DNA from: Actinomycetales bacterium
GTDB lineage: Bacteria > Actinomycetota > Actinomycetes > Actinomycetales > CAVURS01
Assembly: GCA_045807245.1 (NCBI GenBank)
Contig: JBJMHS010000077.1
Location: 1 to 58,096, forward strand
DNA: 58,096 nucleotides
Direction of reading: 5' to 3'
A program made the translations under genes and the position numbers. The notes under the pieces are model-generated. The model worked only from the letters and a program-made list of their open reading frames with translations. It made no database searches and was not told where the DNA came from. Shown here one piece after another: positions 1 to 11,933 of the stretch. Numbering within the stretch: the stretch's first letter is position 1; every line of letters starts with the position of its first letter.

Positions 1-567
1 GCCCACGAGGGCGCGACCATGGAGTGGGTCGACGGCAACATCGGCTCCAAGGTGACGATGAAGTACCCGGCGGTCTACCTGCTCGGCGAACACGCCAAGG
101 GCGAGACCCTCTCCATCGCGTTCGCCGGCGAGGGCCAGCACCAGGACGCCGGCGCCAAGATGGTGCACGCGGCGCCGCACACGTCGTCCTCGATCGTCTC
201 GAAGTCGGTCGCGCGCGGTGGTGGCCGCACGTCGTACCGCGGTCTGGTCCAGGTGCTCGAGGGGTCGCACCACAGCGCCTCGACGGTGCGCTGCGACGCC
301 CTGCTGGTCGACCAGATCTCGAGGTCGGACACGTATCCGTACGTCGACGTCCGCGAGGACGACGTGTCGATGGGTCACGAGGCCACGGTGTCCAAGGTCA
401 GCGCGGACCAGCTCTTCTACCTGATGTCGCGCGGGCTCACCGAGGAGGAGGCCATGGCGATGATCGTGCGTGGCTTCATCGAGCCGATCGCACGTGAGCT
501 GCCGATGGAGTACGCACTGGAGCTGAACCGCCTGATCGAGCTGCAGATGGAAGGGGCCGTCGGATGA
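1..567 (+). CDS. sufB: Fe-S cluster assembly protein SufB (5' truncated by window edge)
   Basis: C-terminal SufB sequence ([33 protein letters not shown]); first gene of the SUF run. Confidence 0.95.
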   Translation, partial: AHEGATMEWVDGNIGSKVTMKYPAVYLLGEHAKGETLSIAFAGEGQHQDAGAKMVHAAPHTSSSIVSKSVARGGGRTSYRGLVQVLEGSHHSASTVRCDALLVDQISRSDTYPYVDVREDDVSMGHEATVSKVSADQLFYLMSRGLTEEEAMAMIVRGFIEPIARELPMEYALELNRLIELQMEGAVG

Positions 568-1769
568 CGGTTGACGTTCAACCGCATTCGCACGGCGCAG
601 GTCCCGCTCCCTCCGAGTCTCGCGCGTCCCGCTTCACGTCGTACGACGTCGCCGACTTCCCGGTCCTGACCGGCCGCGAAGAGGACTGGCGGTTCACGCC
701 GCTTGACCGGGTCCGCGGGCTGCACGACAGCAGCGCTCCGCGTGGCGCGGACGTCACGGTGACCGTCGACCCGGCCGAGCCGGCCGTGGTCGAGACGGTG
801 GGTCGCGACGACGCACGGATCGGCCGCAGCGGCCGCCCGAGCGACCGCGTCGCGGCCCAGGCCTGGTCGTCCTTCGACCACGCGACGGTCGTGACGTTCC
901 CGCAGGACACGGCCGCCCGGCGGCCGACCTACGTCACGGTGACGGGGCAGGGCAAGGAGGGCGCGGCGTACGCGCACCTGGTCGTGGACGCCAAGCCGTT
1001 CTCGACGGGGGTCGTCGTGCTCGACCACCGCGGCAGCGCGACGCTGGCGGACAACGTCGAGCTGCTGGTGGGCGACAGCGCCAACCTCACCGTCGTGAGC
1101 CTGGCCGACTGGGACGACGACACGGTCCACCTGTCCTCGCACCAGGCCCGGATCGGCCGGGACGCGATGCTGAAGCACGTGGTCGTCACGCTGGGCGGAG
1201 ACGTCGTGCGGATCACGCCGTCGGCGACGTTCGCGGCCGCGGGCGGGGACGTCGAGATGCTCGGGCTGTACTTCGCCGACGAGGGTCAGCACCTCGAGCA
1301 CCGCCTGTTCGTCGACCACGCCGAGCCGAACTGCCGCAGCCGCGTCACCTACAAGGGTGCGCTGCAGGGCGAGTCGGCCCACACCGTGTGGGTCGGTGAC
1401 GTCCTGATCCGGCACGAGGCCGAGGGCACGGACACCTACGAGCTCAACCGCAACCTGGTGCTCACCGACGGCGCCCGCGCCGACTCGGTGCCGAACCTGG
1501 AGATCGAGACCGGCGAGATCGTCGGAGCCGGACACGCTTCTGCCACAGGCCGTTTCGACGACGAGCAGCTGTTCTACCTCCAGGCGCGGGGCATCCCGCA
1601 CGACGAGGCGAGGCGTCTGGTCGTGCGCGGGTTCTTCGTCGAGCTGGTCCAGCAGATCGGCGTGCCCGAGCTGCAGGAACGCCTGCTGCGCGAGATCGAG
1701 GAAGAGCTGGAGAGCTCGATGAACCGGTCCGAGCAACCCGTCGCCGCGATCGCCGGGGCCGCCCGATGA
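564..1769 (+). CDS. sufD: Fe-S cluster assembly protein SufD
   Basis: [41 protein letters not shown] overlap with sufB. Confidence 0.93.
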   Translation: MTVDVQPHSHGAGPAPSESRASRFTSYDVADFPVLTGREEDWRFTPLDRVRGLHDSSAPRGADVTVTVDPAEPAVVETVGRDDARIGRSGRPSDRVAAQAWSSFDHATVVTFPQDTAARRPTYVTVTGQGKEGAAYAHLVVDAKPFSTGVVVLDHRGSATLADNVELLVGDSANLTVVSLADWDDDTVHLSSHQARIGRDAMLKHVVVTLGGDVVRITPSATFAAAGGDVEMLGLYFADEGQHLEHRLFVDHAEPNCRSRVTYKGALQGESAHTVWVGDVLIRHEAEGTDTYELNRNLVLTDGARADSVPNLEIETGEIVGAGHASATGRFDDEQLFYLQARGIPHDEARRLVVRGFFVELVQQIGVPELQERLLREIEEELESSMNRSEQPVAAIAGAAR

Positions 1770-2140
1770 GCTTCCAGCCCGCCGTACGCCTCGACGCACT
1801 CCCCGACGTCGGAGCCGTCGTCGTCGACCTGGCCGGCTTGCCAGTGGCCGTCGTCCGTGACGAGGACGGCCACGTCCATGCCGTCGACGACACGTGTTCG
1901 CATGCGAACGTCTCCCTGGCCGAGGGCGAGGTCGACGGCTGCACGGTCGAGTGTTGGCTGCACGACTCGCGGTTCGACCTGTGGACGGGCCGCCCGACCG
2001 CCCTGCCGGCCATCCGGCCGATCGCCGTCTACCCGGTCCGGATCGAGGACGGCACGGTCCACGTCGACGTCGACGCACCTCTGACGGCCGAACAGATCGA
2101 GGCCCACCGGCTTGAAACCACCGCTGTGAAGGAGCACTGA
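1766..2140 (+). CDS. Rieske-type [2Fe-2S] ferredoxin
   Basis: CSH...CWLH Rieske ligands; ATGA overlap with sufD. Confidence 0.9.
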   Translation: MSFQPAVRLDALPDVGAVVVDLAGLPVAVVRDEDGHVHAVDDTCSHANVSLAEGEVDGCTVECWLHDSRFDLWTGRPTALPAIRPIAVYPVRIEDGTVHVDVDAPLTAEQIEAHRLETTAVKEH

Positions 2141-2144
2141 CACC

Positions 2145-4238
<2,094 letters not shown>

Positions 4239-4239
<1 letters not shown>

Positions 4240-4730
4240 TGGACCTGTACGCCGAGCTGATCCTGGACCACGCGAAGGCCCCGCACCACGCGGGCCTGCG
4301 CGCGCCGTACGACATCGAGGTCCGTCAGGTGAACCCGGTCTGCGGTGACGAGGTGACCCTCCGGCTCCGGCTGGACGGCGAGGGTCCTGAGGCGGTGGTC
4401 GAGGACGTGTCGTACGACGCCCAGGGATGCGCCATCAGCAAGGCCTCCACGTCCGTGCTGACCGACCTCGTGCTGGGCCGCCCAGTGACCCACGCCGTCG
4501 GTGTCGGTGCGGCGGTCCGCGACATGGTCCGCACCCGCGACGGGAGCGCCCCGGACGAGGACCTGCTGGGGGACGCGGTCGCCCTGCAGGGTGTCGCGAA
4601 GTACCCGGCCCGAGTCAAATGTGCTCTGCTGGGATGGTCGGCGCTGTCGGAGGCGTTGCTGCTCACAGGTGCTCTGGCCACATCGCCGCAGCCGCCGGAG
4701 TCGTTGCCATTGAAGGAGAACGCATCATGA
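4239..4730 (+). CDS. sufU: SufU-type sulfur transfer/scaffold protein
   Basis: LYAELILDH, NPVCGDE, GCAIS, PARVKCALL; TGATG coupling to sufS. Confidence 0.92.
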
Positions 4731-5059
4731 CCGAGACGTCGAACGCGACGCCCGCCAACGTGGCGGACCTTGAAGAGGCGCTCAAGGACGTCGTCGACCC
4801 CGAGCTCGGGATCAACGTCGTCGACCTCGGCCTCATCTACGGCATCACGATCGACCAGAACTCGCACGCGGTCATCGACATGACGCTGACCAGCGCGGCC
4901 TGCCCGCTGACCGACGTGATCGAGGACCAGACCGCGCAGGCCCTCGACGGCCTGGTCACCGGTCACCGGATCAACTGGGTCTGGATGCCGCCATGGGGTC
5001 CGGACAAGATCACCGACGACGGCCGCGAGCAGCTGCGCGCCCTCGGCTTCAACGTCTGA
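4727..5059 (+). CDS. sufT: DUF59/SufT metal-sulfur cluster biosynthesis protein
   Basis: DPELGINVVDLGL, MTLTSAACPL, WMPPW. Confidence 0.9.
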   Translation: MTETSNATPANVADLEEALKDVVDPELGINVVDLGLIYGITIDQNSHAVIDMTLTSAACPLTDVIEDQTAQALDGLVTGHRINWVWMPPWGPDKITDDGREQLRALGFNV

Positions 5060-5085
5060 CCGGCGCCGACGGACGCGACCACGCC

Positions 5086-5724
5086 GTGGTCACGCGCGTC
5101 GTGGAGGTGCCACCCGACCGGCTGGTCGGTTGGGTGCAGCGCTACCGCGGCACGCATCCTGAGTCGGTCCTGTCGGCCGACGACGGCGGTCTCCTGCTCT
5201 CCGGTCCGCTCGGCGTGCGCGCGACCCTCCAGCCACTGCACCCGTTCCGGCCTGGCCCGGAGGTCGCCGCGGACGACCTGGCTGCCGCGTTGGCAGCACA
5301 CGCCATCGAGCGGGCGGTGACCGCCGTGCTGCTCCTGCGCCGGGGCGGGTACGCCGTCGGCGTCGCGACCGGCGCCGAGCTCGTGCACTCGAAGGTGGGC
5401 GGCCGTTACGTGCAGTCCCGGACCGCGGCCGGTGGATGGTCCCAGCAGCGGTTCGCCCGGCGCCGCGCCGGGCAGGTGCAGCAGCTCGTCCGCGCAGCCG
5501 GGCAGGCCTGGGCCGCCTTCCCGAGCCATCCCCGGCCGACGGTCCTGGTGACCGGCGGCGACCGGGGCCTGTGCGACCAGCTGCTCCAGGAGCCCGCGCT
5601 CACCGCTGTGCGCGGGCTCGGGACGCAGCGTCATCTGGACGTCCCCGACCCGCGCCTCGAGGTGCTGCGCCAGGCGGCCGCCCGGGCGCAGGCCCTTCTG
5701 GTGACCGTCCACGAGCCTGGGTGA
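5086..5724 (+). CDS. acVLRF1 (actinobacterial Vms1-like release factor family) protein
   Basis: LLRRGGYAVG and SKVGGRYVQSRTAAGGWSQQRFARRR motifs; GTG start inferred. Confidence 0.85.
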   Translation: MVTRVVEVPPDRLVGWVQRYRGTHPESVLSADDGGLLLSGPLGVRATLQPLHPFRPGPEVAADDLAAALAAHAIERAVTAVLLLRRGGYAVGVATGAELVHSKVGGRYVQSRTAAGGWSQQRFARRRAGQVQQLVRAAGQAWAAFPSHPRPTVLVTGGDRGLCDQLLQEPALTAVRGLGTQRHLDVPDPRLEVLRQAAARAQALLVTVHEPG

Positions 5725-5785
5725 CGAGCCAGCCGCGCTCTCCGACCACCGCGATATCCGATGGCGGGCCGTCGGTGCGGTCCGT

Positions 5786-6373
5786 TTGAATCGCCGGGTG
5801 TTGTCTCCTGACTACCCGATCCGGACCGAGCGGCTGAGCCTGCGGCCGTACCAGCCCGACGACTTCGTGCGGGCGCTGGACTACTGGTCGCGGGACGACT
5901 TGACCCGATACCTCTACCTCCCCTCGTTCGACCGGGAGACGTTCGGGCCGCGCATGGACGAGCTGATGCAGCGCACCCGGCTCGAGGCCGAGGGAGACGT
6001 GCTGACCCTCGCCATCGTCCCCGACGGTGTCGGGTACGTCGTGGGCGACGTCACCCTCATGTGGCACAGCGACGTACACAAGTCCGGGGAGATCGGGTTC
6101 CTGCTGCATTCCGAGCACCAGGGCAAGGGCTACGCCCACGAGGCGTCGGTTCCGTTGCTACGCATAGGTTTCGAGCAGCTCGGCCTGCACCGGATCGCCG
6201 GGCGGCTGGACGGACGCAACAGCGCGTCGGGCAAGGTGCTGGCCGGGCTCGGCATGCGCCAGGAAGCGCACTTGGTCGAGAACGAGTGGGTCAAGGGGGA
6301 GTGGACCGACGAGATCGTCTACGCGATGCTCGAGTCGGAGTGGCGGTCGGGCGGTCGCCCGACGCGTGACTAG
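5786..6373 (+). CDS. GNAT N-acetyltransferase, RimJ/RimL-like
   Basis: IRTERLSLRP, HQGKGYA acetyl-CoA loop, NSASGKVL; start may be a few codons downstream. Confidence 0.85.
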   Translation: MNRRVLSPDYPIRTERLSLRPYQPDDFVRALDYWSRDDLTRYLYLPSFDRETFGPRMDELMQRTRLEAEGDVLTLAIVPDGVGYVVGDVTLMWHSDVHKSGEIGFLLHSEHQGKGYAHEASVPLLRIGFEQLGLHRIAGRLDGRNSASGKVLAGLGMRQEAHLVENEWVKGEWTDEIVYAMLESEWRSGGRPTRD

Positions 6374-6382
6374 GGTCGGGTC

Positions 6383-7684
6383 GTGACAGGGGTCTCCGGC
6401 GCAGCGATCCACCCGCGCGACTTCCGCCTCCTGGCCGCCGGGCAGGCGTTGTCCTGGCTGGGCAACGGCTTCCAGACCGTCGCCCTCGCCGTCGCCGTGG
6501 TCCTGAACGGTGGCGGGCCGGGTGCTCTCGGTCTGGTCCTGGCCTCCTCGATCGTCGGCCGGCTGGCCGGGGCACTGTTCGGCGGCGTCTGGGCCGATCG
6601 CGTCCAGCCGCAGCTGGTCATGGTGCTGTCCGACCTGGTCCGGCTGCTCGCCGTTGCCGGGATGGCCGTGATGTTCGCCGTCAGCTCGGGCTCGGTGCCG
6701 CTGCTGTGTGCGCTGGCCGCGGTGACCGCCGTGGCGGGTGCCTTCTTCTCGCCCGCCATGACAGCCCTCAAGCCGATGGTGGTCACCGTCGAGGCTCGGC
6801 GGCAGGCCAACGCCACGCTCAGCCTGCTGCAGTGGACCTGCCAGGTCCTCGGCCCGGCCGCGGGCGGACTCACGGTCGCGGCCGTCGGCGCCGCCACCGG
6901 GTTCGCGGTGAACGCCGGCAGCTTCCTGGCGTCGATCCTGTCCGTCCTGTTCATCAAGGCCCGGGTCGAGCGGACGGCCCGGTCCGGCCTGTTCCGGGAG
7001 ATGGGTGAGGGCTGGTCGGCCATCCGCGAGCGTGAATGGCTCTTGCGCGGGGTGCTGGCCGCGACGGCGTACCACGTCGCCAACGGCGTCGTACTGGTGC
7101 TGGCCCAGGTCCTCGCGGTGCGGAACCTCGGCGGTGCGAGCGCGGTCGGCGTGATCGCCGCCGCCGAGGGGATGGGTGGTGTCGTCGGCGCGGCGGTCGG
7201 GCTCCGGCTGCGGCCGCGCCGGCTGCTGCGGGCCGGCTGGCCTTCCCTGCTGTTGATGCCGTTGTGGGCCTTCGCCTACGTGTGGCCGGGCACGCTGGCG
7301 GCGGTAGTCGTCGGCGCGGTCATCGGTTACACGGGGCTGATCTTCTACGACGTCCAATGGACGACGGCCATCCAGGACCACGTGCCGCACCACGTCATCG
7401 CACGGGTCGACTCGTGGGACATGTTGACGTCGTTCCTGGCCATGCCCGTCGGGAATGCCTTGGCCGGGCCGCTCGCCCATGCCTTCGGCACGTCGTGGGT
7501 GCTGTCCGGCTGCTCGGTCGTCCTGCTGCTGTCCGGCGCGTCACCACTGCTCAGCCGCGAGACCCGGCAGCTCACCCGCCGGACCGGAGCAGAAGACGAT
7601 GATGCGCGAGCAGCGCGTCCCGTGCCCGAGCTGCCCGACCGAGACGACCCGGCCGTGACCGGCGAGCCGGCCGCACCGGGCTAG
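6383..7684 (+). CDS. MFS transporter (DHA3-like)
   Basis: About 12 hydrophobic segments, GGVWADR motif A; TAGGGT 6 nt before GTG. Confidence 0.85.
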   Translation: MTGVSGAAIHPRDFRLLAAGQALSWLGNGFQTVALAVAVVLNGGGPGALGLVLASSIVGRLAGALFGGVWADRVQPQLVMVLSDLVRLLAVAGMAVMFAVSSGSVPLLCALAAVTAVAGAFFSPAMTALKPMVVTVEARRQANATLSLLQWTCQVLGPAAGGLTVAAVGAATGFAVNAGSFLASILSVLFIKARVERTARSGLFREMGEGWSAIREREWLLRGVLAATAYHVANGVVLVLAQVLAVRNLGGASAVGVIAAAEGMGGVVGAAVGLRLRPRRLLRAGWPSLLLMPLWAFAYVWPGTLAAVVVGAVIGYTGLIFYDVQWTTAIQDHVPHHVIARVDSWDMLTSFLAMPVGNALAGPLAHAFGTSWVLSGCSVVLLLSGASPLLSRETRQLTRRTGAEDDDARAARPVPELPDRDDPAVTGEPAAPG

Positions 7685-8298
7685 TCGTCCACCCCGCGGG
7701 CGACCAGCGCCTCGCCCAGGTGGTCGGCGTGCCGCACGGTCCGTACGACGAGCGGCACCAGCAGCGCGCGGGGGCTGCGCTCCAGCCCGCGCGCCCGACG
7801 GGCCTGGTCGACCTCGTCGCGGATGCCCGCGATGACGGGCACGGTCCGCACGGTGAGGGCGGCGAGGAGCCCGATCCGGTCGGGGTCGACTCCGGCTCGG
7901 CGCAGCGGCCGGGCCAGCCGGGTGAAGGTGTCGACCAGCGTGCTCACCCGCGTAGTCAGTGTGAGCAGGGCCGCGGCCGCTACGAGCACCACGAGAGCGC
8001 CAACGACGGCCACGGCCGGCCGCCAGCCGCTGAGCAGCAGCTGCGCGACGCCGAGGACCAGCACGACCCACCGCAGTGGCCGCAGCTGGGCCCACGCGAC
8101 CCGGACGGGGATGCGCGCGACGGCGTAGGCCGCGGCCACGACGGCGCCCGCCACGGCGAGCGCGACCAAGCCGCGCCACACCACGAGGGCCAGGCTGCCC
8201 GCGGCGAGCAGGGTCAGCTTCGCCCCGCCCGGCATCCGGTGTAGGACGGACCGCCCGGGCCAGAACAGTCCGGCGCGGTCGAGGCCGGAGGCGCTCAC
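7681..8298 (-). CDS. ECF transporter transmembrane component T (BioN/CbiQ family)
   Basis: LHRMPGGAKL, two ARG motifs (RRARGL, LVARGV); GTGA overlap with ATPase gene. Confidence 0.85.
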   Translation of the reverse strand: MSASGLDRAGLFWPGRSVLHRMPGGAKLTLLAAGSLALVVWRGLVALAVAGAVVAAAYAVARIPVRVAWAQLRPLRWVVLVLGVAQLLLSGWRPAVAVVGALVVLVAAAALLTLTTRVSTLVDTFTRLARPLRRAGVDPDRIGLLAALTVRTVPVIAGIRDEVDQARRARGLERSPRALLVPLVVRTVRHADHLGEALVARGVDD

Positions 8299-8978
8299 CG
8301 CCGGTCCGCCATCAGCTCGCGGTAGGCCTGCACGCTCGTCTCGCCCGGCCCGTCGGCGACCACGCGGCCATCGTCGACGACGAGCACCCGCGGCCAGCCC
8401 TTGGCCTGGTCCAGGTCGTGGGTCACCAGGATGACCTGCTGCGGCAGCGCCTCGATCAGGTCGGAGACGATGCGCGTGTTGCGCAGGTCGAGCAGAGTCG
8501 TGGGCTCGTCGCACACCAGGATCTCCGGCTCGATGACCAGCACCGAGGCGAGCGCGAGCAGCTGCTTCTGGCCACCGGACAGCAGGTGCGCGGGATGGTC
8601 GGCGTGCCCACCGAGGCCGAACCGGTCCAGCACCTCGCGCACCCGCTCGGCGCGCTGCGCCGCCGTGAGATCCTTGCGCCGCAACGAGAACGCCACGTCC
8701 TCCGCGACCGTCGGCATGACGATCTGGGCGTCAGGATCGGTGAAGACGAAGCCGACCTTGCGGCGGACCGCACCGCCGTCGCGCCGGGTGTCCAGTCCGT
8801 CGACGGTCACCGTTCCCTGGGTCGGCAGGACGAGCCCGTTCAGCAGCCGGGCCAGCGTCGACTTGCCCGAGCCGTTGGCGCCGATGACGGCGACGCGCGG
8901 TCCATCGATCTCGAGCGTGACGTGCTGCAGCACCGTGCGGTCGCCGTACCGGTGGCTCACGTCCTCGAGCCGGATCAC
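8295..8978 (-). CDS. ECF transporter ATPase (BioM/CbiO family)
   Basis: GANGSGKST, LSGGQKQ, DEPTTLLD; C-terminal part of track ORF 8295..9845. Confidence 0.88.
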   Translation of the reverse strand: MIRLEDVSHRYGDRTVLQHVTLEIDGPRVAVIGANGSGKSTLARLLNGLVLPTQGTVTVDGLDTRRDGGAVRRKVGFVFTDPDAQIVMPTVAEDVAFSLRRKDLTAAQRAERVREVLDRFGLGGHADHPAHLLSGGQKQLLALASVLVIEPEILVCDEPTTLLDLRNTRIVSDLIEALPQQVILVTHDLDQAKGWPRVLVVDDGRVVADGPGETSVQAYRELMADRR

Positions 8979-10132
8979 CCGACCCGCTCCCACACCATGG
9001 CGACGCCCTGCCCGCCGCCGACCGCGCAGGTGGCCAGGCCGATGCGGGGCCCGCTCGCGCGCACCATCGAGGCGAACAGCCGTACGACGAGCAGTGCACC
9101 TGACGCTCCCCACGGATGTCCCAGCGCGATCGCGCCGCCGTCGGGGCACACGTGCGTCGCGCCGATGTCCGGAGTCTCGGCCAGGGGGTCCAACCCCCAG
9201 GCGTCCGTGCAGGCGAGCACCTGCGCGGCGAACGCCTCGGTGATCTCGAGCTGGTCGACCTCCTGGATGGACCGGCCGGCCCGGTCCAGAGCCTCCGCCA
9301 CGGCCGGGACGGGGCCCAGCCCGGGCAGCGCCGGGTCGACGCCCGCGACGGCGCTGGCCAGGACGGCCAGGCCGGGGATGTGCAGCGTCGCCCGCACCCG
9401 TTCGCTCACGATGGCCACCGCGGCGGCCCCGTCGTTGATGCCGCAGGAGTTGCCGGCCGTGACCGTGCCCCGGACCGCGAACGCGGGCCGGAAGCTCGCC
9501 AGCTTGGCCACGGTCAGCGATGAGCGGGGCCGGTCGTCCTCGTCCAGGTCCGCGACCGGGACGATCTCGTCGCTGTAGGTGCCGCGCGCGCGCGCCGCCA
9601 GGGCCAGCCGGTGCGAGCGGGCGGCGTACGCGTCCTGTCGTTCCCGCGAGATCCCGAGCCGCCCGGCGAGGGTTTCGGCCGCCGGGCCCATGTCGGGGTC
9701 GGCGTACGGCTCGGGGGCGAACCGGGCCCGCTGGGGCCGCGGCGAGGTGCTGGCGCTCTCCGCGCCGCCGGCCAGAACCAGCCGGGCCGTTCCCGACGCC
9801 ACCAGCGCCGCCCCGAGCCGGATCGCCTCCAGACCGCTGCCGCACTGGCGGTCGACCGTGACGCCCGGGACGTCCACGCCGAGCCCGGCGCGCAGAGCCG
9901 CCACCCGGGCGACGTCGCCACCCGGCCCGGTGCAGTTGCCCAGCACCACGTCGTCGACCTGGGGCCGGCGGGGGCCGAGGTCGGTGAGCAGGGCCTGCAG
10001 GACGGGCGCCGCGAGCTCGTCGACCGCGACGTCGGCAAAACCACGGCCGACGGTCGCCACGGCGGTACGCCGGGCGGCGACGACCACCGGCGTGTCCGGG
10101 CCGATCCGGGGCGAGGCGTCAGTGGCGGACAT
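8975..10132 (-). CDS. Thiolase / acetyl-CoA C-acyltransferase (YhfS-like)
   Basis: RQCGSGLEA, TAGNSCGINDGAAA, GHPWGASG, CAVGGGQG. Confidence 0.9.
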   Translation of the reverse strand: MSATDASPRIGPDTPVVVAARRTAVATVGRGFADVAVDELAAPVLQALLTDLGPRRPQVDDVVLGNCTGPGGDVARVAALRAGLGVDVPGVTVDRQCGSGLEAIRLGAALVASGTARLVLAGGAESASTSPRPQRARFAPEPYADPDMGPAAETLAGRLGISRERQDAYAARSHRLALAARARGTYSDEIVPVADLDEDDRPRSSLTVAKLASFRPAFAVRGTVTAGNSCGINDGAAAVAIVSERVRATLHIPGLAVLASAVAGVDPALPGLGPVPAVAEALDRAGRSIQEVDQLEITEAFAAQVLACTDAWGLDPLAETPDIGATHVCPDGGAIALGHPWGASGALLVVRLFASMVRASGPRIGLATCAVGGGQGVAMVWERVG

Positions 10133-10140
10133 GGCGCGGT

Positions 10141-11316
10141 TCAGCGTAGGGGTCGATCGGTCAACGTGCGGTGACGCACGCCGAGCCGCACGGCTGCCCG
10201 GTCCGGCTTGCCGGTCGACGTCCGCGGCAGCTCCTCGACGAGCCACCACCGCCGCGGCCGGCTCCAGTCCGGGAGCCCGCTGACGGTCCGGTCGAGCGCG
10301 GCCCGGCTCAGGGTGCTGTCCGGCGGGCCGGCGACCGCGACCACGGCGACGAGCAGCTCGCCGAGCAGCGGGTGGGGGATCGACGTCACGACGACGTCGT
10401 CCATGCCGGCCGGCGCTGCCGGGTGCTCGCGGATGGCGCTCTCCACCTCCTCGACCACCACCGTGCGGCCCCCCGTCGTGACGGCCGCGTCGCCGCGGCC
10501 CAGCACGTGGAGACCGTCGTCCTGCTCACGACCAAGATCCCCGACCGTGGCCCAGCTGCCGTCCTTGCGCAGCGGACCGTCGTCGTCCGGCGTGAGGTAG
10601 CCCTCGCAGAGGTACGCCGACCGGGCCCAGATCTCGCTGGCCCGGATCTCGACGGCGACCCCCGGAAAGCGTTGGTAGGAAACGGTTTTCTCGCGCCAGG
10701 CGACGAACGAGAGCTCGGCGGCCCCGTAGTACTCGACGATCCGCCAGCCCAGGCCGTCCGCGCGGGCCCGCAGCTCGGCCGGGAGCGGAGCGCCCGCCAC
10801 GACCGCGACCCGGACGTCCCGGAGTCGGTCTCGCTCCGCGGTGGATACGGCTGCGGCAAGCACCCGGGGGGCGGCGTGCAGCGCGGTCACACCGGCCGGG
10901 GGCGCGCCGCGCGGCCACCCTTCGGCCCCGCGCACTTCGGCGCCGACTGCGGTTGCGTGCCACCCGCCGTACAACGTCATCGTCGACGTCGGGCTGCCAG
11001 GGAGCCAGACCACGTCGTCCGCGCCGACGCCCGTGATGTCGGTGAGTCCGCCGACGCTCGCCTGCCAGCTGGCGGCCGTACGGATGACCCCGCGCGGCCG
11101 GCCGGACGAACCGGACGTGAACAACACCAGCGACCCGTCCGGGAGGTCCGCCCGGTCGAGCGCGTCCTCGGCGGCCCGGCGCAGGGCACGAGGCCAGGCC
11201 GGGTCCAGGACCGCCACCGGGGTTCCGGCCTCGGCTGCGGCCCACAGACGCGCGGTGAGCTCGGCGGCGTCGCCGTCGCTCAGCAGCAGCGGCCTAGCGA
11301 CGCCGGGCCTCGACAA
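10141..11316 (-). CDS. AMP-binding acyl-CoA ligase (YhfT-like, short)
   Basis: FTSGSSGRPRG, YYGAAE, TVGDLG, PRTSTGK; TTG start at 11316 with AGGAG 7 nt upstream inside bioY (start inferred). Confidence 0.8.
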   Translation of the reverse strand: MSRPGVARPLLLSDGDAAELTARLWAAAEAGTPVAVLDPAWPRALRRAAEDALDRADLPDGSLVLFTSGSSGRPRGVIRTAASWQASVGGLTDITGVGADDVVWLPGSPTSTMTLYGGWHATAVGAEVRGAEGWPRGAPPAGVTALHAAPRVLAAAVSTAERDRLRDVRVAVVAGAPLPAELRARADGLGWRIVEYYGAAELSFVAWREKTVSYQRFPGVAVEIRASEIWARSAYLCEGYLTPDDDGPLRKDGSWATVGDLGREQDDGLHVLGRGDAAVTTGGRTVVVEEVESAIREHPAAPAGMDDVVVTSIPHPLLGELLVAVVAVAGPPDSTLSRAALDRTVSGLPDWSRPRRWWLVEELPRTSTGKPDRAAVRLGVRHRTLTDRPLR

Positions 11317-11887
11317 GCTCGCGCTCCTGGACGAGGGTCGGGTACCCGCGATGCACACCGGCCGCGACGACCGTTGCGACGATCGCCTTGCTGAAGTCGC
11401 CGGGCAGGAAGATCGCGGCGCCCGACCAGAGCGCCGTGCCGAGGTGCAGTCCGGTCCGCCACATCAGCACCGGGACACCGATGGCGTAGACGACACCAAT
11501 GCCCCCGATGACATTGGCCGCGAACCCCCACCAGACCGGGTAGCGGGGCCACAGCCGCTCGACCAGCCACCCGATGGCAGCGGCGCCGAAGAAGAAGCCG
11601 ACGAGGTAGCCCGCACTCGGTCCCTGGAACACGCTGATGCCGCCGCGGCCGCCGCTGAGCAGAGGCAGCCCAGCGGCCACGAGCAGCAGGAACAGGCCGA
11701 CGGCCAGCGCTCCCCGCCGCCAGCCGAGCAGCGAGCCGGTGATCATCACGCCCAGGGTCTGCAAGGTGATCGGCACGGTGCTGCCGAACAGGTACAGGCT
11801 GGGCGCCAGGCCGAGCGCGGCGATGAGCGCCGCGAACGACGCAACGAGCGCCAGGTCCCTGGCCGACAACCGGCGGGCATGCGTCAT
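11294..11887 (-). CDS. bioY: Biotin transporter substrate-binding component BioY
   Basis: VPITLQT, GLPLLSGGRGG, GPSAGYLVGF, FLPGDFSK. Confidence 0.92.
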   Translation of the reverse strand: MTHARRLSARDLALVASFAALIAALGLAPSLYLFGSTVPITLQTLGVMITGSLLGWRRGALAVGLFLLLVAAGLPLLSGGRGGISVFQGPSAGYLVGFFFGAAAIGWLVERLWPRYPVWWGFAANVIGGIGVVYAIGVPVLMWRTGLHLGTALWSGAAIFLPGDFSKAIVATVVAAGVHRGYPTLVQERELVEARRR

Positions 11888-11933
11888 GCGGGGGATTCTT
11901 GCGTACGGCGAGGGGCCGGGCGTCGGCCGATCC

